Positions 1-9,613 of a DNA stretch of 64,000 nucleotides are shown piece by piece. Position 1 is the stretch's first letter. Each line of letters begins with the position of its first letter. Below the pieces are notes generated by a model, which ran no database searches, was not told where the DNA came from, and saw nothing but the letters and a program-made list of their open reading frames with translations. The position numbers were made by a program, and so were the translations under genes. The DNA is taken from the NCBI GenBank assembly GCA_000002445.1, contig CM000207.1, positions 1,024,001 through 1,088,000 of the forward strand. The letters are read 5' to 3'. This stretch comes from Trypanosoma brucei. Taxonomy: Eukaryota.

Positions 1-975
1 GTACTCACGCTGTGTTACGTAGTGGCACCCGGTTCCCCTTCTTGGTTCAGTAATTTGCACAGAACGGCTGTCGAGGTGCTGCACACGCTGCAAGTATACC
101 TTCCTAAGGCAACAGGGCGGTTCCCGCTTGACGTTCTTAGTGAACACATCGTGTTCGAGGTTGCCGGAAGTTTCAACCACATCTGTTCCCCTCGTGTACT
201 GATGACGGGGGCTGACGCGCAGCTAGCCTGTTTTAATATGATCAAGGCGGTTTCTTTTATGCTTGAGGCAGCGATTGCACACATTAACGGTGGCAGCGGT
301 GCAGCACTACTTAAAAATCAGGAACATGAGGATGTGGAATGCAAAGGTGGGGAAAGTAATATCGTGGCGCTTCTTTGGTTGCTGGTTACCCAAGGGGGGT
401 TGTCAGAACTTACAAAACACATACAAACACAGTTGGACAGCAAAACCAAAGCGGCTGCTGGTGGTTCCTCTTATGCCGAGCCCTGCAGTGGCAAACTAGG
501 TGATGGTACGGGGGTGGGAGTTTTAAAAGAACTGTTGCACAGTGATGAGTTTAACTTTCTTCGTCGTGTGACTAATGAAGTAGCTCAAAAGTTAAAGGAT
601 GCACTAGAAGATTCATCGGGAAGGGGCAATGGGACAGAGAAAACAACAGAGGTCGATATAGAACCATGCCACGAGGGGGAGAGATGGATGAAGTCAAGTG
701 GTAAACGTCTCTGGTTTGAGCGTGATGATAAGCTTTTTCAAAAAGTGTTGGAAGTCGGTTCGAGCGTAGTAAATGAGAAAGAACAGGAACGCCGTGAGAA
801 GGGGAGGTTGGGAGGAGAATTCGTCACTTCCCCTGTTGCGTTGCGTGAGGCGTCAGTGCCTTTTGAAGGTGCCGCTAAGCGATGGCTGCTCCGCCAGTTG
901 TGGGTGCAGGTACATCGTCTGAACACCGGGCCACCAGTGTTTGATTTCCGCACCGCCACCATTATCCGGGAGTAA
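1..975 (+). CDS. 3' portion of a hypothetical protein gene; the reading frame is open from base 1, so the 5' end lies upstream of the window
   Basis: Frame 1 is open from position 1 with no stop before 22. The ORF track starts at a GTG. A T-rich polypyrimidine region follows the stop. No recognisable domain. Confidence 0.45.
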   Translation, partial: VLTLCYVVAPGSPSWFSNLHRTAVEVLHTLQVYLPKATGRFPLDVLSEHIVFEVAGSFNHICSPRVLMTGADAQLACFNMIKAVSFMLEAAIAHINGGSGAALLKNQEHEDVECKGGESNIVALLWLLVTQGGLSELTKHIQTQLDSKTKAAAGGSSYAEPCSGKLGDGTGVGVLKELLHSDEFNFLRRVTNEVAQKLKDALEDSSGRGNGTEKTTEVDIEPCHEGERWMKSSGKRLWFERDDKLFQKVLEVGSSVVNEKEQERREKGRLGGEFVTSPVALREASVPFEGAAKRWLLRQLWVQVHRLNTGPPVFDFRTATIIRE

Positions 976-2508
976 TGTTTCTGGTTCACTGACCCCATAT
1001 AAATCAAATTAAGTTTTTTTTTGCTCTCTTGGGTGCTGACAGCATTATTCCCTTGTGTTGTATTAAGTTAACTGTCTGTTTTCTGCTTTTTTTTTTTTTG
1101 CTTCTTCTCCCGAGCGGCTAAGTTGGAGATGTGCCTTTTAGACAAGGCTTATGTGCCGATACAAAAAGTCTTCATATACCGGGTGTGCACCGGGATTGGT
1201 ATTTGTTGTTACTTCCTCCCCCCGCTATGCATGAAAAAACAAAAAACAAAAGTAGGCATTAATCAATGAATAAATAAATAAAGGGGATATCACGGGCGAA
1301 TATTGTTGCTTTCTTTTGTTTTTTTTTGGTTATCTTATGATCGCCTACAGGTTTAAGGACCAGAGACGCAGTGTCGCCACGGTTGGCACCTCAACCTCCC
1401 GTTTCCATTATCTAGCCTCCTCAAACACACAGGCACATGCTGCGAAAAGGGGAGGGCGAAACAGGCGGAAAAAAAAACAATAATGCCAGGTGGAAACGGA
1501 ACTTTTTAGATTTGCTTTGTTTATTATTTTGTTTTTGTTCGTTTGTGTATTTACCTCTATGCTTATTCGATGTCTTATGTTAGCCACAATTGTTGTAAAT
1601 ATTTTTTTGTCTTTTTTCTTCGGGTTGGGGGTTTGGGGGGGAGGAAAGGACGGTGCGGGGGTATGTGAAGAGGAAGATATGTATGTGCCGGTGTCCGTAC
1701 CGTATTACCTGCTAGTGTTTTATGTCGGTCTTGTGGCGGGGTAGCGTATTTTTCTTTTTATTTTTAAGGGGGGGGGAACTGAATGCTTCTTTTCTCCTTA
1801 ATGTCTTGTTGTGAGTTGTTACTTCTCGTAAACATAAGTGTCTTTAATGTCGATTTTCTTCTTATTTACTTTATTTATGTTTCATTTTTGCTTTCTGATC
1901 TCATTGTATTCGATGATGTACTCTCCAATTTTTCATTATTTTTTTAAAAAAAACTTTCCTTAGGAATCAAAGAAATTAAGATAAAGAAAAAGGGAGAAGC
2001 AAGTGGTTTAAACCAACGAAAAGTAAAGGTGCAACTCTTTTGGTAATAAAGGGGATATTCAGCAGGAAATAGAACTTATTTCCTCTTGATTTGGAAAATA
2101 AAAAAAGAAGTGAAAAGGAGGGACAGGAATCGTGTGATCTGAAGGGGAAAAGGTCCAACGGAGGCGATTGGGTAATCAGGGCAAACGCATACACAGACAT
2201 ACGCAAAGGAAAATAAAAAACACAAAACAACAGGTACCAAAGGACGGGGGCGACAACATTCCAAATATCAAAGAGGGAGAGAAAGGAGAGGAAAAAATTT
2301 TAAAGAAGGAAAGGTGTTCACAAAAGTGTATATATTATTTTAATATATACTTTGTTCGCCTTTGCAAACCAGCGATTACACCACGCGACCCATACACGTG
2401 GCAAACGAATTATTTAACTACTTAGGTCAGTACCATAGTTTGGCGAGGTCACTGAAGTATTCCTCACACGAAGAAAGGAAGAAACAGAGAAGAAAAGTGA
2501 AGGAATAA

Positions 2509-4689
2509 ATGGGCAGTGATAGTAAATCTAGTAAGTCCAAGGACAAGAACTTCTCATCAAAGGGTAAAATTGAGAAGTATAACAAGGATGGTACCGAAAC
2601 AATTTTGATCATGGGGCGTCCCTTTCGTATTGTGCAGAGGTTAAGTGAGAAGGTGCTTAACCCGGAGGCGAAAAGCTCGAAGAAAAGCAGCAAGAAAGCT
2701 AAGGATGTGTACTCCTACATTGTGGTTGTTGAAAACATTGAAGCTTTACCAATGTTTGCCAGGTATGTCGTTGTGAAGCGTACCTTTTTCAAGATAGACG
2801 AGGTGTTGTTGGCTCATCGGGAGCCTGAGATTTTGAATCGCGTTCGCGATAAGGGAATCCTGCACGTGTTCCACAGTGAAGTAACACGGAATGATGGGCG
2901 TTTGGGAACAACCGTGGCGATGGAGTACTGCCCCGGAAGTTTGGAACAGCGCCTGCAGCAGGAGACTCGGATGTTAGAAAGTGAAGTGGTACAAGTGTTG
3001 CTAGCGCTGGCTAGTGTGTTGGGTTACTTGCACTCTAGGCAGCCCCCGGTTGCACACCGTAACATTAATCCAAGCAATGTGTTAATTCACTCGGAGTCGG
3101 CAGGAGCGAGCGCATACCGCCTCTACAACTTTAGAAGTGCCATGACGGAGGCGTACCACTGCGAGAACCACGAGGAGGTAGTGGCGGCCATGGAAGACTT
3201 TGCCCGCTACACCACGGCAGGGTACCGGGCGCCTGAAATGTTAGACCCAAGTAGTCACAAGCGTATTGATGAACAGGTAGATATGTGGGCTCTTGGTGTG
3301 CTGCTGTACTACACAATGTACCAGCGCCTGCCCTTCACGGATGCATGCTGGGGGCTGGCAAGAAAACCCAAGTTACGCTACCCCGTGGAAGCTGAAGTGT
3401 GGTACACGGGCTCACTACGCATCGTGCTTGAGCATCTTCTTGAACCAGATCCGGAGAAGAGGTGGGATGCGTTTGCTCTCATCAACTTCATGCGTTTCGA
3501 CAATGACCTATGCAGACACATTGGACCCTTCTGCTTCTCGCAGACTGAGCGGCCCGAGGGATGGGAACCGCAGGACGTGAAGGTAATTGGCCGCCCAGTT
3601 CCAGCCAAAGTTCTCCCGGAGAGGTTGCGAAATACTGGCCAGTCCGACGATCCGGCTGCTGCAGCGCGTGACAACAGGGACGAAGCGGCTGCCACCTCCG
3701 TCAAGAGCCGCACAGCGGCACAGGAGTCTGGAGATAATGATCAAATGGTTCTCAAGGCAGTAACTGCGCTGAGTTCAGATACCGCTTCCACAGATCCCGA
3801 GGTGCTAGCCTACCGTGAAAAGCTCATTCGTGAACAGGAGGAGGCATGGCAAGTGGCAGAAAGCGCACACAAAAAGCGGGATAAGGAAGACAAGGATGGG
3901 GCGACCTCTGGACCGGCAGATGTTGATTCATTGTTTGGTCCAACTGAAAAGAAGGAAGCTGTCAAGGAAAACAAGGCATCTGCTATTGACGACTTATTTG
4001 GTGGCATGGAGACACAACCATCACAGTCTCAAAAACCAACAACGGATGACCTCTTTGGAGGCGCCTCTACAGCTACTGCGAGCAACCAAATCCCACCCCA
4101 GGGGTCCCAAGTTGGAGCTAACGACAGTTGGAAGGATGATCTCTTCGCTGCGCCACCTCAGCAACCACAAATGCAACCTCAACCGGCCTTTCCAATGGCA
4201 GCTGACAGTAGTTGGAGCACCGGAGCACCAACATCGGTGCCAATGAATCCAACCGGCGGCATGATGGGTCAACAACAGGCCCCCATGGGATGGGGAAATG
4301 GAGTAACAGCTCCGGGTTTCCAACCAATGCAAACTCCACAAATGCAACAACAAGTTCCTGGTGGATGGGGAAATGGAGCAACAGCTTCGGGTTTCCAACC
4401 AATGCAAACTCCACAAATGCAACAACAAGTTCCTGGTGGATGGGGAAATGGAGCAACAGCTCCGAGTTTCCAACCAATGCAAACTCCACAAATGCAACAA
4501 CAAGTTCCTGGTGGATGGGGAAATGGAGCAACAGCTCCGGGTTTCCAACCAATGCAAACTCCACAAATGCAACAACAAGTTCCTGGTGGTGCCCCCGGTT
4601 TCATGGGCGGAAACGACCTATTCCAAAGGCCACAGCAGCAACAGCCACAGCAACCAGAGAAGGACCCCTTCGCCAGTCTCTTCAAGTAA
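2509..4689 (+). CDS. AAK1/NAK-family (Ark/Prk-like) kinase homologue, predicted catalytically inactive, with a C-terminal DxLF motif region and Q/P-rich 25-aa tandem repeats
   Basis: ATG at 2509. Collinear matches to AAK1: AMEYCPGS (cf. LMEYCRAG), YRAPEM, DMWALGVLLY, LLEPDPEKRWDAF. The catalytic HRD is HRN (3055-3063) and DFG is NFR (3127-3135). Four DxLF motifs lie between 3924 and 4149. Confidence 0.85.
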   Translation: MGSDSKSSKSKDKNFSSKGKIEKYNKDGTETILIMGRPFRIVQRLSEKVLNPEAKSSKKSSKKAKDVYSYIVVVENIEALPMFARYVVVKRTFFKIDEVLLAHREPEILNRVRDKGILHVFHSEVTRNDGRLGTTVAMEYCPGSLEQRLQQETRMLESEVVQVLLALASVLGYLHSRQPPVAHRNINPSNVLIHSESAGASAYRLYNFRSAMTEAYHCENHEEVVAAMEDFARYTTAGYRAPEMLDPSSHKRIDEQVDMWALGVLLYYTMYQRLPFTDACWGLARKPKLRYPVEAEVWYTGSLRIVLEHLLEPDPEKRWDAFALINFMRFDNDLCRHIGPFCFSQTERPEGWEPQDVKVIGRPVPAKVLPERLRNTGQSDDPAAAARDNRDEAAATSVKSRTAAQESGDNDQMVLKAVTALSSDTASTDPEVLAYREKLIREQEEAWQVAESAHKKRDKEDKDGATSGPADVDSLFGPTEKKEAVKENKASAIDDLFGGMETQPSQSQKPTTDDLFGGASTATASNQIPPQGSQVGANDSWKDDLFAAPPQQPQMQPQPAFPMAADSSWSTGAPTSVPMNPTGGMMGQQQAPMGWGNGVTAPGFQPMQTPQMQQQVPGGWGNGATASGFQPMQTPQMQQQVPGGWGNGATAPSFQPMQTPQMQQQVPGGWGNGATAPGFQPMQTPQMQQQVPGGAPGFMGGNDLFQRPQQQQPQQPEKDPFASLFK
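4288..4587. repeat. Four near-identical 75-bp tandem repeats (25-aa unit GWGNGATAPGFQPMQTPQMQQQVPG) plus a partial fifth, inside the kinase-like CDS
   Basis: The W codon TGG recurs at 4291, 4366, 4441 and 4516, a period of exactly 75 nt. Copies differ by 1-2 nt (V/A, P/S substitutions). Confidence 0.95.
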
Positions 4690-4745
4690 TGTTTTACATG
4701 ACTGCAATACTGGCACAGAACAGCATCATACGTCACCCCCCCCCC

Positions 4746-4771
4746 AAAAAAAAAGGGGGGGTTAGTTGGGG
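4746..4771. repeat. Abutting homopolymer runs C10-A9-G7 just 3' of the kinase-like gene
   Basis: Direct reading: cccccccccc aaaaaaaaa ggggggg. Confidence 0.9.
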
Positions 4772-5406
4772 TACATTTTTTCTTAACAAAAAAAAAGAGA
4801 AAGGTAAAAGAAATAAAGAAATACCAACTAACAATTAAGAGAAGGAAAGGAACCCGCAGGTCATACCCTCTTTATTCCACCTCTCTTTCCTTCTGTTTTG
4901 TTCTGTTCGGTGTTTAAACCTGATTCAACATGTTCAATTTTCTGCTGTGTCTCCCCATTCTCAATCACATCCACCTCTTTTTTTATTTTTATTTTTAGTA
5001 TCAGTGTTTCATTTTTTTTTCTTTTTTCGTTTATCATCACTTTATTATTATTATTATTACGTCCCTCCGTTGTTTGTGCTTTTTGATATACTTGCTAATG
5101 CTTTGAAGTGTGTGAGGGGAAGGGGAGGAGGGAGAGAAAAAAGAAAAAATGAAGAGGGGAGGGGAGGGGGATTTATCAAGAGAGAACAAACAAAAGGAAA
5201 GAAACGGTTTTGTTTTCTTTTTGAGAAAATAAATAAATAATGAATAACATATGTTTTATCATAACCTCCATTTGCGGATTCCAATGAAGGGCGTGGCAAA
5301 ATCCATAAGGAAGAGGGTTGTGCGCATGTGTTTCTTTTTATTATTATTATTTGCTTACGTTCATAAAAAGTAGAGGAATGGAATGGAAAGAGATGGGAAG
5401 TGGAGG

Positions 5407-5427
5407 GAATGAATGAATGAATGAATT
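5407..5427. repeat. (GAAT)n microsatellite
   Basis: gaatgaatgaatgaatgaatt read directly. Confidence 0.85.
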
Positions 5428-5825
5428 GGAAACCGAAATGATTAGAATAAAAAAAAATGAAGGAAAAAGCAGGTGGTTTACCGCCGCTCATAGACCAAGC
5501 ATTTACATACGTGCATAGATACAAAAAAAAAAGAAATATATAAATATATATTTATATACATGTACTGGTGTGTATTAATGTTTATTTGTATGTATTTTTT
5601 ATATATTTTGGTGTGCGTACGTTTGCGTGTGTGAGCGAAAGGGGGAGGGGGGAGGGGGGAGAGCAGACGGGGACGAAAAGGGGTGGAAATATAATGTTTA
5701 CTTTTTTTTTTCTTCTTCTCTCTCTCTCTTTAAAACTTTAATTTCCGTTAGGAAAAGAGGGGGAAAAAAGATAACGTGTGGGTATGAGAGTTTATTAGGA
5801 ATCCTGATTGGTGTTGGTCGGTTCC

Positions 5826-5876
5826 GTGTGTGTGTGTATGTATGAATGTATGTGTCTCTCTCTCTCTCTCTCTCTT
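5826..5876. repeat. Compound (GT)n / (GTAT)n / (CT)n microsatellite
   Basis: gtgtgtgtgtgtatgtatgaatgtatgtgtctctctctctctctctctc read directly. Confidence 0.9.
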
Positions 5877-7540
5877 GTGGCCAGCCTCATGGTGGGACCG
5901 CGCGTGGAAGAAAGAAAAAAAGAAAAGGAAAAGAGGAAAGAAACAAAACAAATAGGAAAGAAAATGAAATGAAAGAGTTTTTAGTACCCATCACTGCCTT
6001 ATGGGTGGATTCGTCACTAGCCATCGTCCTGCGCACTCTTTTTTTTTTTTGAAAAAAAAGATTTTCTTCTCTTCCTTTTCATCTCTTTTCATATGGGTTT
6101 ATTATTGCTCCTCATTCCACACATACGCAAACAAATATATATATATATAATCCCTTCCTTTCACTTCACAAAGCAATTCAGGGATTCCATTTGCCATCAA
6201 TGCGAACTTGCTAGGACAACATTTTCTTTTTAAAAAAAAACAAATTGCAGGGGCACGGTGTGTCTGTTCGTACCGGGTTACCCCTTTTTGTTTGTCAATT
6301 ATGCACAAATTTGTGCACTGCTTACGCCATACAAACATTATTATTATCATTATTATCATGCAGTGATTTTCTCTCTTGTCTACAAAGAAGAAGAGGCACA
6401 TGTTCGTGGTTTTTTTTCAATTTTTTTTGTTGTTGTGTGTTTGTATTTAACTTCGCTGTCGTGGATGCATGCGAGTTATCGTCTTGGAGGTCATAAAACG
6501 CAAGGACGGAAATAACAAAAATAAACAATACCAACGCCACAAATGCTGAAATACCGTCTTTATTCCCTTCATTTATCTTTCCCTTGTTTTTTCTTTAAAA
6601 AATTATTTTAAGTTGTTGTTGTTTTTTTCCTATAAATATATTTATTTATATTTCCTGTCGTTACGGCGGTCACGGCATTATTTGTGTGGATCGATTGTCA
6701 CTCATATGTCGAGGAAAGAAAGTTGAAGGTATGAAGATGAACTGAGAGCAGAGATTGGGAAATAATAATAGTAATAATAATGAAAAGAAAAGAAAAGAAA
6801 ACTCAGAAGGCGTCATTTTGTGTAAGGTCCGGGAACTTGTATCCTTTATTATCATTATCACTATTATTATTATTACTGTGCTTGAAAAAAAAAATTATAT
6901 GTATTTATTTGGTTTTTTTCCTCTTTTGAAAGAAGAAAAAATACCAGAGAAAACAAAAAAAAGGAGGACGAAGAGAAAAATCGTATTGTCAACTCACTTG
7001 CTATTTGATCTGAACGTGTGTAAGAGATGAGGAAAATGGACTTTAATGAGTCAACATATTTCAAAACTGAACAAAAAAAGAGAAAAAAAAAAAAAGAAAG
7101 ATGCTCGACACGATAAAGGGAGTGAAGAAGAACCAAAAGGAGGAAAAATATTTAAAAAAAGAGAAGAAAAGAAACGAGAAGAGAAGAGAAGATAAAAGAA
7201 TATGCGTCGGAAACAACAAAAACAACAATTTTTTTTAAAAAAGGTAAAACAGCACAAAAACAAAAAAAGTGAGAAGGCTGCGTGACGGTTACTTGGGAGT
7301 CGAAAACTGCTATTGGCATGTTGCATCATTCCATTCAGTGTTACATGGACCCTGAGGTGCCACGCGCATTATTCCTATTGAAACAAATCTTTTTTTTTTG
7401 TAGTTAATCTTATTAAATATGTGTTTTCTTTTTTTTTTTCTTTTTTCTTTTTTGATGTTTTTAAACTCCCCTCTACACCGCGATTATTCGCGTCTTCTGA
7501 TGCCTTCCAACAAGGCCTACAAAGCTGCGCGTGTCTTTTC

Positions 7541-7582
7541 TGTTTGTTTTGTTTTTGTTTTTGTTTTTGTTTCTCTCTCTCT
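7541..7582. repeat. (TGTTTT)n followed by (CT)n microsatellite
   Basis: tgtttgttttgtttttgtttttgtttttgtttctctctctct read directly. Confidence 0.85.
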
Positions 7583-8474
7583 TTTTGCTCGTAGTGAAAC
7601 AACAAATGAAACGGAATATTTGCTGGACCTCACGTGTTTCTTTGCTATTCTTCTTTCTTTGTTTATTTGGTGTTTGTTTATGTTGTGTGGAGTTGAGACC
7701 AAAAAGAGATGAGAAGTGTGTAATCATTCTCAGCTTTTATTGCTCAGTCTCTTTCTGTTTTGTTAACGCTTTTCTTTTTTTTTTTTTATTGACCTTCCTT
7801 AACTTTCGTTTTTATTTTATAAAAAAAAACAAAAAAGAAGAAATTATATCTATCTTTCTTTCCTTTTCTCTTTTTTTTTTATATCCTCTTTTCGTACAAT
7901 TCCACTGCCCTTTCAATCTCTTTTACCCTTTCTTTTTCTTGTTGTTGTTCCTCTTTCCCACTTGTGTGATGATATCATATACGCTGCCTATTTACAACTA
8001 TTTTTTTTTCCTTCTTATTTCTCTCTTTTTTACTTTTCTTTTATTTTTTTTTTAAAACAAACAAATATGCGCTGATGTCAAGTGGAGACGGAAACTGAGG
8101 TGCTAAAAGGCAAGTTTTTAAACGTACCTGAAGCAACTAGTATCACTTTCTTCTCTATTTTCATAAAGAAAAAAAACATTGTAGTAGTTGACATATATAC
8201 ATATATCAGTCTAGCTGTTCTTTTGGGTTCTGAATAGGCAGTTAGAAGTACAAACGAATAAATTTTGTAAAAATAAAAAAAAACAGTACAAAAGCATCGG
8301 GGGGAACGGAGCGAGTTTGCATCTTCATCCGCATAAAAATCCATTTATACGTACATATATATATATATGCCAGAATCCTTGCGGTTTTATAGGATAACAT
8401 TTATCTCCTTTGGTTCGGCATTATTTTGTGTTATAATATTAAATTGCAGAGTGGCGTCGTGTATCCAAGAGAAA

Positions 8475-8744
8475 ATGGGTGGTGAAAGTAGTGCCCCCCA
8501 ACCGACTAATGATTCGTCCGGCAATGACTTCAGCAACAATGGCAATAATAGCGATAATAATAATTCCAATAGCAGTATTAAAAACGACAATTACAATAAA
8601 CCAGTGCCTGGAGCTGAAGGGCAAAATGACGGGTTGCATTTCCCCCAGCGTCTCGTCTGTCGCCTGCCGGAACGAAATTTTCCACTTCCGGTTTTAACCC
8701 TCAAGGAAGGTCACGGGGTTGCATCAAATACAACTAAGAAGTAA
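8475..8744 (+). CDS. Candidate small N/S-rich protein (89 aa) with an MGxxxS N-terminus (possible N-myristoylation)
   Basis: In-frame ATG at 8475, preceded by a pyrimidine-rich stretch and 'ttgcag'. N-terminus MGGESSAP. Low-complexity Asn/Ser-rich composition; the ORF track begins earlier at 8367. Confidence 0.3.
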   Translation: MGGESSAPQPTNDSSGNDFSNNGNNSDNNNSNSSIKNDNYNKPVPGAEGQNDGLHFPQRLVCRLPERNFPLPVLTLKEGHGVASNTTKK

Positions 8745-9613
8745 CACACATGACAACACGCGTTTGTGCATTTGTTTTGTCTGTAATGTAATGTTAATGA
8801 AATGAAATGAAATAGGGAGGAAAGAGAAAATAGCGTGTTATTAGCGTAGATATGACTCAGGAAAAGGGGAAATGAAGTATTTACAAGAGTGCCATTTCCT
8901 CCCCCCCCCTTCCCTCGTCGTTATTATTTTTACTATTGTGTCGTTATCGCTTTTTTTTTTCTTTTTCACCGTTTTTGGTATTGTTGTTGTTTGTTTTTAA
9001 TTCTTTTGGGGGGGTTCGGTTGAACCCTATGCGTCTCGATATCAAATCCAAGAGAATAAAACAAAAAGGGAAGTTAAGGAGCCGGAGGGCTCTTTTCAAG
9101 GCCCAGCTATGTTTTCTCTTGCAAGGGTACGTATGCGCTTCCTTTGATTTCTTTTTCTGTATGCCGTTTTATGCACGTTCTCCCACTTCGGTCATAATTA
9201 AAAAACAAAGATTCGCATCATTGGTTATTGATAATTTTCCTTCCCTTTTTGTTTTCCCTTTTTTATATTGGTTGCGGTCGCCCAACTTTCGGTACCCCAA
9301 AGTGAGTCTCAAACATCAGCTACACTCTTCCCGTTCGTGTGAAACATTTTGATGTTCCTGCCTTTATTTTTTGGTGATTTTCCCTCCCAAGTTGAATTCG
9401 TTACTTGTTATTACCACTGTTATTCTTATCATCACACTATTATTAATTGCCTTTTGTTGTTTTTGTTGTTGCTTTCGGGTTGCCTCCCATTCTAACACGG
9501 GTGGGCATGTCATGCGAGAGAGAGAGAGAGACGCCAAGACGCGTGCGGGAGAGGGAGTTGAGTAACACCCGCTAAAAACGAAAAAAAAAAAAGGGAAAAG
9601 TTAGCAGCGCCTT

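Noticed and set aside
1490-2425. Short ORFs (1490-1744, 1976-2230, 2076-2264, 2168-2425) in the first spacer
   Set aside because: Translations are poly-Phe/Leu or Lys/Glu low-complexity, derived from polyT/polyA tracts. No acceptor-ATG arrangement.
4021-4838. ORFs 4021-4578(-), 4118-4564(-), 4212-4838(+), 4269-4736(-), 4361-4765(+), some with their own internal repeats
   Set aside because: All are alternative-frame readings of the 75-bp tandem repeat inside the kinase-like CDS; their periodic protein sequence is an artifact of the array.
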